NCBI GenBank assembly: GCA_002705085.1 | Contig: PAHO01000045.1 | Location: 1 to 62,527, forward strand | Direction of reading: 5' to 3' | Origin: Phycisphaerae bacterium | GTDB lineage: Bacteria; Planctomycetota; Phycisphaerae; Phycisphaerales; SM1A02 | DNA length: 62,527 nucleotides | Part shown: piece by piece, positions 1-8,202 of the stretch | Numbering within the stretch: position 1 is the first letter of the stretch | Layout: every line of letters begins with the position of its first letter | Notes under the pieces: model-generated | Databases searched by the model: none | Told to the model about the DNA's origin: nothing | Seen by the model: only the letters and a program-made list of their open reading frames with translations | Program-made: the position numbers and the translations under genes

Positions 1-326
1 AAAGAGAACAACACCAATTCAAGCAGTGCGATGAAAACCGCCAAGATCCCGATTCCCGCGGAGATGCCTGCGGCGGCAAATCGAGCCGCTGATGAACGGT
101 CTTGCTGATGACGCTCGGCGTACATGGGGAGAAAGGCAGCAGAAAGAGCACCTTCTCCAAACAGGCGACGGAAAAGGTTGGGGATTTGAAAGGCCACGAA
201 GAAAATATCTGCTGCACCACCAACCCCAAAGGACCGAGCAAAAACCGCGTCGCGCAGCAGACCGGTACATCTGGAACCCAGAGTAAGAATCGAAACCACC
301 CGACTTGAACCGGCAAGATTGCTCAC
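1..326 (-). CDS. murJ: Lipid II flippase MurJ (MviN), N-terminal ~108 aa only; C-terminus lies beyond the left edge of the window
   Basis: This minus-strand frame is absent from the ORF track because it has no stop inside the window. My translation from 326 downward reads [71 protein letters not shown]..., which matches the conserved MurJ N-terminus (SR.LG..RD...A..FG...DAFFVAF.IPN..RR.F.EGAFS.AF.P). A GTG at 326-324 is the likely start and overlaps the TGA stop (325-323) of the upstream ORF in a GTGA arrangement. Confidence 0.75.
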   Translation of the reverse strand, partial: [108 protein letters not shown]

Positions 327-814
327 GCAAGTGTCCTTCGGATTCTGAGGGCCGAAACCATGAAAACCAGCCCTCCCAACAGCAACGTAGGAACCATTTT
401 GTGGTCCGCCGCAATATTGGTCCACGCCAACACGATGCAAGCCGCCGAGAGCAGCACCCAAAACCATTGGAGGCAAGGTGCTTGGTGCCGACGCACCACC
501 ACCATGGACCACACCGCCACAACCCCAATCACATTGGCCAATGCATCCGCCAAAGATGAGTGCCTGTTTAAGACAGGGATTGCTTGACTGGCTTCATCAG
601 CAGCCCCGCAAACAACACCTAGGGCTAGAAGTAGAGCCAAAGGCATCTTCCAAGCACTGGCCAACAGGGCCAGCCAGAGCCCCCACGCCAAGAAATGGAT
701 GGTTTTGTCACTGACTGGAACCACACTGGGCAACACCAAGGCCGGCCAATGTGTGCCCACAAACAAGGCCACGGCGTACAACACGAACCGCGTCCGCGGA
801 TCAATCTTGCCCAT
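323..814 (-). CDS. Small polytopic membrane protein, VanZ-like (ORF 323..865; likely start at the MGKIDPRTRF Met at 814)
   Basis: ORF 323..865 (-) has several hydrophobic segments. SDKTIHFLAWGLW and LNRHSSLADALANVIGV resemble the VanZ-family DK..H / R..D..N..G motifs. The gene sits directly upstream of murJ with a 4-nt overlap. Starting at 865 would overlap the parA-like gene by 65 nt, so 814 is preferred. Confidence 0.45.
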   Translation of the reverse strand: MGKIDPRTRFVLYAVALFVGTHWPALVLPSVVPVSDKTIHFLAWGLWLALLASAWKMPLALLLALGVVCGAADEASQAIPVLNRHSSLADALANVIGVVAVWSMVVVRRHQAPCLQWFWVLLSAACIVLAWTNIAADHKMVPTLLLGGLVFMVSALRIRRTLA

Positions 815-1766
815 GGGCCTCAGTGGAAGGGTTTTTGGCTTCAATTCCATCAGGCTCAACCACATCGGTTGGAGTTGCAGCGAACGGGTTTGGTTTCACC
901 TCGACGCTCGCATGAACCTGAGGGGGGGCAGACAGCTTCCCAGCATTGATCCAATCGCGACTCAAACTTTCTGCGAGACGGCGATAATCGACCGCGCCGG
1001 GACAAGTCGGGGCATAGTCGAAAATGGATTGACCAAAGCTTGGGGCTTCGGCCAACTTGATGTTCCGGCGAATAGCGGGGCGCAACACTCGACAATGAGA
1101 CCAAGGCTCCCCACTGTCACGAGTACTCTCAAGGAACTGCTCAAGGTCGGATTCAATCTCTCGACCCAAGGTGGTTTGCTTCTCGTGCATGCACAAGATG
1201 ATCCCTGTGACTTGCAACTGTTGGTTCACCGAACGCACCACGCGGCCCACGGTTTCAAGCAAACGCCCAACCCCTTGAAGGGCCAAGAAGTGAGCTTGCA
1301 TGGGCACAAACACTTCATGGGCCGCCACCAGCGCATTCATGGTGAGGTGACCCAAACTCGGGGGGCAATCCAAGATGACCACATCCCACTTCCGCTCCGC
1401 GGCGGCAATCTTCGCGGCGAGCTGACCATGGGGGTCGGCCGCGTTGGTCAACTCCACCTCGGCCCCGGCCAAATCCACCGTGCTGGGGAGCACATCAAGA
1501 CCGGGACGAACATCTTTCATCAAGGCGTCATCGATACGGGTGGTTGGATCCACCAACACGTCATACGCACTGGGTGCGGCTGGATCAGGATCCACCCCCA
1601 AGTGCAAACCAAGGTGACCCTGAGGGTCCAAATCAACCAAGAGCACGCGTCGACCAGCGAGGGCCAGACCTGCACCGACGTTCACCACGCTCGTGGTTTT
1701 GCCAACCCCGCCCTTCTGGTTCAAGACGGCCACGACCACTGGGTTGGATGCCACAGATGTGTCCAT
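801..1766 (-). CDS. ParA/Soj-family P-loop ATPase with a ~60-aa C-terminal extension
   Basis: Within ORF 801..2081 (-), the Met at 1766 begins MDTSVASNPVVVAVLNQKGGVGKTTSVVNVGAGLALAGRRVLLVDLDPQGH, the deviant Walker A motif of ParA/MinD. The ORF sequence upstream of that Met is antisense to the amidase gene. No parB is adjacent. Confidence 0.8.
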   Translation of the reverse strand: MDTSVASNPVVVAVLNQKGGVGKTTSVVNVGAGLALAGRRVLLVDLDPQGHLGLHLGVDPDPAAPSAYDVLVDPTTRIDDALMKDVRPGLDVLPSTVDLAGAEVELTNAADPHGQLAAKIAAAERKWDVVILDCPPSLGHLTMNALVAAHEVFVPMQAHFLALQGVGRLLETVGRVVRSVNQQLQVTGIILCMHEKQTTLGREIESDLEQFLESTRDSGEPWSHCRVLRPAIRRNIKLAEAPSFGQSIFDYAPTCPGAVDYRRLAESLSRDWINAGKLSAPPQVHASVEVKPNPFAATPTDVVEPDGIEAKNPSTEAHGQD

Positions 1767-1838
1767 GGTGTTCAGCCTAGCGGGGGAACGACCTGTCGGG
1801 GGCATCAACAATCTGTACCGGAACCTACGCTGTCCCCC

Positions 1839-3254
1839 ATGAATCCCTTGAAGACCTCTCAATGGACGCTCGGGCTGCTCGGCTGCTTGAGTGCCTGCCA
1901 AAGCACCACCAATGTTGAGAGCTCGATCGAAGCAACGCTCAACCGGTTGCAGCATGAAGACCAAACCAATGCCATTCTGGCCATCGTGCCTGATGCTCTT
2001 GAGCAGGTCCGTGCGCTTGAAGGCATGGATCCCAACCAGCCGCTCTATGGGCAAGCGGTCGTGGTCAAGGACAACATTCACATCAAAGGCATGGCCACCA
2101 CAGCAGGCTCATTGGCCCTGGCGAACAATATTGCCAAGCAGGACGCTCCGGTCGTCGCGCGGTTGCGAAATGCTGGGGCCATCATTGTTGGAAAAACAAA
2201 TCTTTCTGAGTGGGCCAACTTTCGATCAACCTCTTCAACCAGTGGTTGGAGTTCGGTTGGTGGTTTGACGACCAACCCCCTTGATCCTGCTTGTACGGCG
2301 TGTGGGTCAAGTTCTGGGAGTGGGGCCGCCGTGGGTTCTGGTTTGGTTCAAATCGCTTTGGGAACTGAAACCGATGGATCGGTCACATGTCCGGCGGCAA
2401 TGTGTGGCATTGTGGGTCTGAAGCCCACAGTGGGCTTGTTGCCGACCGAGGGGGTGGTGCCAATTTCCAAGAACCAAGACACCGTTGGCCCCATGACCAC
2501 CTCGGTCACGCTCGCTGCCCACACCATGGACGCACTGGCTCCCAACCAAACCAATTCTTACGCCTCAGGATTATCCCGAGATGCCTTGAAGAACGTCCGC
2601 ATTGGGGTGCTTCGCCATCACGACCCAGAACCAAAGTCTCCTGAAGCAGATCTTTATCAGAGATCTTTGTCTTTGCTGGAAGAGCAAGGAGCGATCCTGG
2701 TGGATATCGAAGAGATTCCTGGGCTCGGAAGAATCCAACGACTGGAATGGACTTTGCTTCTGCGAGAGTTCAAGCGGGAAATCAACCTCTACCTTGCAAG
2801 TACACCAAAGGAAGTGAAATCACGAACACTGAGTGATGTCATGGCCTTCAACGTCGCCAATACAGAGTTGGTCATGCCATATTTTGGTCAAGAAGTGTTC
2901 GAGCTGTCTGAGCAAACGTCTGATTCAGATGAACCAGCCCTAGAAACATTGGCCCGGCAACTCAAACGACTGGCTGGTCCGGAAGGCATTGACGCCTTGC
3001 TCAACCAAGCCGATTGTGAAATCCTGGTTGCTCCAACGTTCGGTCGTCCCTGGAACATCGATTTGGAAAATGGGGACAATTATGAGGGCAGCAGTTGCAC
3101 CACCCTCCCCGCTGTTTCTGGATACCCACATCTCACCGTACCTATGGGTCTTGCTGATGGTTTGCCGTTGGGCCTTTCATTTATTGGGACCGCCTTCAGT
3201 GAATCCGCCTTGTTGGCGGCTGGCTACGCTTTCGAGCAAGCCCGAGCCAACTGA
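1839..3254 (+). CDS. Amidase-signature family amidase, lipoprotein
   Basis: The real start is the in-frame ATG at 1839 inside ORF 699..3254; the 5' part of that ORF is antisense to parA. The N-terminus is MNPLKTSQWTLGLLGCLSACQS, a lipobox signal peptide. The protein carries the amidase signature GGSSSGSGAAV and the GIVGLKPT / GTETDGS motifs. Confidence 0.8.
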   Translation: MNPLKTSQWTLGLLGCLSACQSTTNVESSIEATLNRLQHEDQTNAILAIVPDALEQVRALEGMDPNQPLYGQAVVVKDNIHIKGMATTAGSLALANNIAKQDAPVVARLRNAGAIIVGKTNLSEWANFRSTSSTSGWSSVGGLTTNPLDPACTACGSSSGSGAAVGSGLVQIALGTETDGSVTCPAAMCGIVGLKPTVGLLPTEGVVPISKNQDTVGPMTTSVTLAAHTMDALAPNQTNSYASGLSRDALKNVRIGVLRHHDPEPKSPEADLYQRSLSLLEEQGAILVDIEEIPGLGRIQRLEWTLLLREFKREINLYLASTPKEVKSRTLSDVMAFNVANTELVMPYFGQEVFELSEQTSDSDEPALETLARQLKRLAGPEGIDALLNQADCEILVAPTFGRPWNIDLENGDNYEGSSCTTLPAVSGYPHLTVPMGLADGLPLGLSFIGTAFSESALLAAGYAFEQARAN

Positions 3255-3265
3255 TTCTGACATTT

Positions 3266-3985
3266 ATGCCTCCACTGCAAACCACTGGTATTTGCCTTCG
3301 ACAATGGCCGTTCAGTGAAACGAGCCAAACCGTCAGCATCTTGACTTCGGATCATGGTGTGGTTCGTGGTTTGGCCAAAGGAGCGCGCCGAACCCCAGGT
3401 TCGTTTGGGGGAGGATTTGAACCGCTCACCATGGGAACATTGGTGTTCTTTCACAAAGCTGGTCGTGAACTGGAGACCCTCAGCGAATGGCACGAAAGCA
3501 AATCTTGGCGGTCTCCTCGACGCAACTCTGCGGCCAACCGTGCTGCGTTGGGCATGGTGGATCTCACTGAAAAACTCAATCGTGGTGCGGAGGTTGACCA
3601 GCGTGCTTTTTGGGCGCTGCACGATGGACTTGAAGCCCTTGAGACAGGCCGGCTGCCTGATGAAGCTTTATGCCGGACCTTGTGGAACCTTCTGAATGCT
3701 GCGGGCTTTGGACCACTTGTTGATGAAACCATCCCAACGGACCATGCAGCATTTGATCCTGAAGCGGGGCAGGTCTGTGATTTTGAAAACAACTCGAGTG
3801 CGTGGCGGTTGAGCCCGGCCACCGTGTCGGTACTTCAAGATTTGGTCCGAGAAAACCAGTCTTCATCGCACGAACCCGCTGCATGGTCCAAGTCAGCCCG
3901 ACTTTTGGCGGCATGGAGCAGTCGGATTCTCGGGGAGGCACCTCCATCTTGGTCATGGACGTTCCCATCCGGGTTGCCGGAATAA
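3266..3985 (+). CDS. recO: DNA repair protein RecO
   Basis: ORF 3266..3985. The N-terminal GICLRQWPFSETSQTVSILTSDHGVVRGLAKGARR matches the RecO OB-fold start, and the overall length (239 aa) and layout fit. Confidence 0.7.
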   Translation: MPPLQTTGICLRQWPFSETSQTVSILTSDHGVVRGLAKGARRTPGSFGGGFEPLTMGTLVFFHKAGRELETLSEWHESKSWRSPRRNSAANRAALGMVDLTEKLNRGAEVDQRAFWALHDGLEALETGRLPDEALCRTLWNLLNAAGFGPLVDETIPTDHAAFDPEAGQVCDFENNSSAWRLSPATVSVLQDLVRENQSSSHEPAAWSKSARLLAAWSSRILGEAPPSWSWTFPSGLPE

Positions 3986-4043
3986 CCGGAACTCTCAGCC
4001 TGTTGATTGGCATTGACACGGGACTTGGTCCGAAGGCCAACCG

Positions 4044-5594
4044 ATGAAATATCGTCGGCTTTGCCCACACTGCGAGACTTTCATGCGCCAAAAGTTCACT
4101 GTCGAATCTGTCCTTGAGTGCCCCAATCTGCCCGGGTTGCCCACCGTGGCCATGGAGGTGATCTCTTTGACCCGCGAAGAGGACGTCAACCTTCGAGAGG
4201 TTGCCTCTCGAGTGGAGTTGGATCCCGCGTTGACCGCCCGGGTCTTGCGGACGGTGAACAGTGCGTACTTCGGTTTGGGCAAGCCGGTTGCCAGTATCCA
4301 ACGTGGAATTGGTTACATGGGGTTCAACGCTCTGGTGTCGTTGATCTTGGGCTTCTCACTGGTGGATATGACCCGACGTCGTCAAGACCATTTTGATTTT
4401 GTGGGGTTCTGGAGACGATCCACCACTGCCGCCGCAACCGCACGCCGAATCGCTATGCGAATCGCCGATCGAATTCCAGAGCATCACGAGCTCACTGACG
4501 AGGCATTTGCGGCCGGGCTGTTGCAAGACATTGGAATGCTGCCATTGCAAGCTGCTGACCCTGAGCGATTCCGCAACGCTGAACAACTGGCCGGGAACGA
4601 TCACCGAGTCCTTAGCGGGTATGAACGAGAAGCGTTTGGGTTTGACCATGCCACTGTAGGTGCTGCTTTGGCGCGTCGTTGGCGACTTCCTGAATCCATC
4701 ATTGAGTCCATTGCCCATCACCATGATGGGAAATCGACTGATCATCCTTTCGTCAGTCGAATCTCCTTCTTGGCTTCCGAGATTGCTTCCGCCATGCTGG
4801 GGCCAAACATCAATCAAGAGTTGGAGCGGGCCGCTCGGTTGGCGGACGGCCTTTTCAACATCGACGAAGATCAATTCCGAGTATTGATTCAAGAAGTAAC
4901 TTCTGATGCTGAAGAAGTGGCTCGATTCTTTGATGTGGAGCAAGTGGATCTGCAACGGGTGGTTCAGGAAGCTGAACAAACCGCAATGCAACTTCAAATC
5001 GACAACCGGCGTCGTGAAAAACAGTTGGAAGAACAGCGCGACGCCCTGGTAGAGGAAATGTCAGTTGATGGTCTGACTGGAATCTACAACCGACGCTTCT
5101 TTGATGATCAACTTCACGAACGGTTCGAGCAAGCTCGTCGGTTCCGAGGAACGCTTGGCTTGTTGATGATCGATGTGGATCACTTCAAGAGCATCAATGA
5201 CGACCACGGCCATCCGGTCGGTGATTTGGTGTTGAAAGAATGTGCCGCACGAATGGGCCAAATCATGCGACGAGATGACGTTCTTTGTCGCTACGGGGGG
5301 GAAGAATTTGTGGTGTTGCTTCCCGGTGCGAGCAAGCGTGAAATCGCAACCGTGGCAGAGCGGCTTCGGATTCGGGTTGAAGACGAACCCTTCCTGCTAA
5401 CTCTGGGAGATCAGGCCCCAATCGCGGTCACCATCAGTGTTGGGGGGGCTTTGGCCAGTCCCGACCAGGATTCCACTGAGCCTTGTGATCTTCTGCATGC
5501 CGCTGATGGCGCGCTCTACCAGGCCAAGCGTGAAGGTCGAAACCAAAGTTGCTTTGTGGTGGCAAACCGGATTCGGCAGCAAGACGCTGCCTGA
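4044..5594 (+). CDS. HDOD-domain / GGDEF-domain diguanylate cyclase (GGEEF active site, RxxD I-site present)
   Basis: ORF 4044..5594. The N-terminal half has HDOD hallmarks (LPGLPTVAMEVISL...DPALTARVLRTVNSAYFGL). A coiled-coil linker follows. The C-terminal GGDEF domain reads GLTGIYNRRFFD...DVDHFKSINDDHGHPVGD...RRDDVLCRYGGEEFVVLLPG. Confidence 0.8.
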   Translation: MKYRRLCPHCETFMRQKFTVESVLECPNLPGLPTVAMEVISLTREEDVNLREVASRVELDPALTARVLRTVNSAYFGLGKPVASIQRGIGYMGFNALVSLILGFSLVDMTRRRQDHFDFVGFWRRSTTAAATARRIAMRIADRIPEHHELTDEAFAAGLLQDIGMLPLQAADPERFRNAEQLAGNDHRVLSGYEREAFGFDHATVGAALARRWRLPESIIESIAHHHDGKSTDHPFVSRISFLASEIASAMLGPNINQELERAARLADGLFNIDEDQFRVLIQEVTSDAEEVARFFDVEQVDLQRVVQEAEQTAMQLQIDNRRREKQLEEQRDALVEEMSVDGLTGIYNRRFFDDQLHERFEQARRFRGTLGLLMIDVDHFKSINDDHGHPVGDLVLKECAARMGQIMRRDDVLCRYGGEEFVVLLPGASKREIATVAERLRIRVEDEPFLLTLGDQAPIAVTISVGGALASPDQDSTEPCDLLHAADGALYQAKREGRNQSCFVVANRIRQQDAA

Positions 5595-5596
5595 TC

Positions 5597-6835
5597 TCAT
5601 TGGGCTGGACGCAATCGGCCCACCGCTTGAGGCTCAAGCGACCATTCATCGAGAATCTCATGCAGATCTCCCATCGTGACCTGCTGGATGCGTTCTACTT
5701 CATCTTCGATCGAAACCCAATCACGATGGGACAGCCAACGGCGACCAATGCGTGACATACGGCCACGTGGCAACTCACCGTGCAATGCGGCCCCCGTGGC
5801 CACCCGAGCCCGAACCCGAGAAAGAGCATCATTGGAGATGTTGGTTCGTAATCCCGCAAGCTGCTCTCGAAGCCGGGCTTCCACTTCGTCAGCTCGGCTC
5901 GGATCAGAGACTGCCCAACAAACAAATTCTCCAGAGCCATCACGCATGTCATGACTGGCTGAGGCGTGCTCGGCCAACCCGGGATCCACCAGATCCCAAT
6001 GCAACAAATCAGACTCGCTCCCCCCAAGAATCTGCATCAGCATGGACGCGGCGTGGTACTTGGGATGCTTTCGGTCCGGTGCTGGCATCATCAGAACGAT
6101 GTATTGCTGCGCTAAATTGTCTTTTTCAACCTCAAACGTGACTGTTTGTTGTTGTGGTGATTCACGAACGGGCCGTCCAGGAGTACTGGTCCAGTGACCA
6201 GCGTTTGCTTCGGCCAGTTCAACCAATGATTCAAAATCAATATTTCCAGCCGCCGCGAGCATCATGTTGTTGGGGCCATAGCGTTCAGCGTGATAGGAGG
6301 ACATAGCCTCGCGAGAAATGCTTCCAACCGTGGCATTGGTTCCCAAAACACGATGGCCGAGTCCATTTTGAGCGTAGTACCTCTCCAAAAGACCCTCGAT
6401 GAGCACCCAAAACGGCTCGTCTTCGTACATGGCGATTTCTTCCAAAATCACCTTCCGTTCATCTTCAAGGTCTTGGCCGCGCAATTCAGGGCGAAGCAGC
6501 GTGCTAAGAATCGGAAAACCCTCAAGCAAACGTTCGGGCCGAGCGTGGATCCAAAAAGCCGTGGCTTCTGCACTGGTCCAAGCATTGTGGTCGAGACCCA
6601 AATCATCGAAAGCTCTGTCAATGTCTTCACCGGTCAGTTCGCCGGAACCTTTGAAAGCCATGTGTTCCAAAAAATGGCTCACCCCCATCAATGCAGATGG
6701 TTCATCTCGAGCACCGGTGTCCACAAAAAAGCCACAGGCCGCGGAAACAGCTTGGGGATCGATCTCGGCTGAAATCACAAGCCCGTTTTCAAGTTGGTGT
6801 TGGCGATAAGCCACGCCCTCTGATGGTGCCGACAT
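5597..6835 (-). CDS. M16-family zinc metallopeptidase (insulinase/pitrilysin-like)
   Basis: ORF 5597..6835 (-). It has the inverted zinc motif HFLEHMAFKG (HxxEH) near the N-terminus and an M16 fold length of 412 aa. Its stop lies 2 nt from the stop of the convergent GGDEF gene. Confidence 0.8.
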   Translation of the reverse strand: MSAPSEGVAYRQHQLENGLVISAEIDPQAVSAACGFFVDTGARDEPSALMGVSHFLEHMAFKGSGELTGEDIDRAFDDLGLDHNAWTSAEATAFWIHARPERLLEGFPILSTLLRPELRGQDLEDERKVILEEIAMYEDEPFWVLIEGLLERYYAQNGLGHRVLGTNATVGSISREAMSSYHAERYGPNNMMLAAAGNIDFESLVELAEANAGHWTSTPGRPVRESPQQQTVTFEVEKDNLAQQYIVLMMPAPDRKHPKYHAASMLMQILGGSESDLLHWDLVDPGLAEHASASHDMRDGSGEFVCWAVSDPSRADEVEARLREQLAGLRTNISNDALSRVRARVATGAALHGELPRGRMSRIGRRWLSHRDWVSIEDEVERIQQVTMGDLHEILDEWSLEPQAVGRLRPAQ

Positions 6836-6852
6836 CTTGCTCTCCTCGAGAT

Positions 6853-8202
6853 TTAGGTTCTCGGAAGATCAATCGTACCAGTGGAGTCGCCGAAAGCATC
6901 GACCTGGGATCCCATGGTTTGCATCATGGAAACAAAAAGGTTGGCCAACGGTGTTTTGCCTTTGAGGTAATGGTTTTTTCCATGCTTTAATCCTGCGGCC
7001 TCACCTCCCGCCATCAAAATCGGAAGGTCATCGTGGTCATGCCGGTTGCCGTCTCGGATCGCACTCCCAAACAAGATCATGCTGTGATCCAGCAACGAAC
7101 CATCCCCTTCAGGAATGTTGGACAAACGTTCAATAAACCGGCTGAATTCTTCATTCTGAAACCGATTGATGGTGCGGATGCCATCGATCATGTTGGCATC
7201 ACCCTTGTGATGCGACAAATGGTGGTGGCCCGCTTTCACACCAAGGAATGGGAAAGACCGGTTGGTTCCCTCGTTGGCCCACATCATGGTGGCGATTCTT
7301 GTCTGGTCGGTTTGGAACGCCACCGTCATCAAATCCAACATGAGACGGAGGTGTTCTCGATAGTTTTCTGGGTGCGCCTCAGGACGAGCAAAGGGGAGGT
7401 TGGACGTGGCCAACTCTGCTTGGTCCAAATATTCAATTTGGCGCTCAACACCCCGGAGTCCCTCAAAGTACTCATCGAGACGATCACGATCACCAGATCC
7501 AAGCTTCTTTTCAAATTGTCGAGCGTCCTCTCGAACAAAATCCAGAACACTGCGTCGGGTTTTGAGACGTTCAGATTGGGCTCGCTTGGCCTCAGCGGTT
7601 CGGGCGGCCGCGAAGAGTCTGTCATACAAGGCGCGAGGATTTGATTCTTTGGGTGAAGGACGATCAGGTGCGGCCCAAGAAATATTTCCGGAATACACGC
7701 ACGCGTAGCCGGAATCGCAACCGCCCGTGCCCATACTCCCTTCACACCCAAGTTCTAATGAATCAAATCGCGTTTGACCGCGCAAAGCTTTGGCCATCAC
7801 TTGATCCACCGAGACGCCCGCCTCAATATCCTCCCCTGAAGTCTTTCTTGGGTGGGCGGCGGTGAGAAAACAAGCGGAGGACCGGGCGTGATCACCAGGA
7901 CCATCGCCCAGCGCTTTGGCGTTGTGATGATCCAGACCCACCAAGACACTGATCCGGTCACGCTGGTTTGCAATTGGTTCAAGCAAAGGGGGGAGGCCAG
8001 CCTCACCATGGACATCCTGTTGGGGAAGCCAATCCGGAGCATGCACCCCATTGGGAATAAACATGAAAGCGGTTCGAAGCGGTGCTTGACCCAGTCCTGA
8101 AGCAGCACTTGCCCGGTTGACCCCCTGAACCGCTTCTAACCAAGGCAACGCAACTGCGGTTCCGAGACCACGCAAAACAGTTCTTCGGTCGCAGATCGTC
8201 AT
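6853..8202 (-). CDS. DUF1552-family protein with twin-arginine signal (Planctomycete-specific partner of DUF1592 proteins)
   Basis: ORF 6853..8202 (-). The N-terminal MTICDRRTVLRGLGTAVALPWLEAV is a Tat-type signal, and the C-terminal half is His-rich (HHHLSHHKGD, NRHDHDD). Its ATG overlaps the stop of the upstream DUF1592-type gene (8199-8202, ATGA). Confidence 0.6.
   Translation of the reverse strand: MTICDRRTVLRGLGTAVALPWLEAVQGVNRASAASGLGQAPLRTAFMFIPNGVHAPDWLPQQDVHGEAGLPPLLEPIANQRDRISVLVGLDHHNAKALGDGPGDHARSSACFLTAAHPRKTSGEDIEAGVSVDQVMAKALRGQTRFDSLELGCEGSMGTGGCDSGYACVYSGNISWAAPDRPSPKESNPRALYDRLFAAARTAEAKRAQSERLKTRRSVLDFVREDARQFEKKLGSGDRDRLDEYFEGLRGVERQIEYLDQAELATSNLPFARPEAHPENYREHLRLMLDLMTVAFQTDQTRIATMMWANEGTNRSFPFLGVKAGHHHLSHHKGDANMIDGIRTINRFQNEEFSRFIERLSNIPEGDGSLLDHSMILFGSAIRDGNRHDHDDLPILMAGGEAAGLKHGKNHYLKGKTPLANLFVSMMQTMGSQVDAFGDSTGTIDLPRT

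Noticed and set aside
699-1838. 5' portion of ORF 699..3254 (851 aa)
   Set aside because: This part is antisense to the well-supported ParA-like gene. The amidase homology and lipoprotein signal begin only at the in-frame ATG at 1839.
3576-4301. ORF 3576..4301 (-) 241 aa
   Set aside because: It is antisense to recO and the HDOD-GGDEF gene, and its composition is Arg/Gly/His-rich like a shadow ORF.
6290-6772. ORF 6290..6772 (+) 160 aa
   Set aside because: It lies entirely inside, and antisense to, the M16 peptidase gene.
7033-7644. ORF 7033..7644 (+) 203 aa
   Set aside because: It is antisense to the DUF1552 gene and has no recognisable features.
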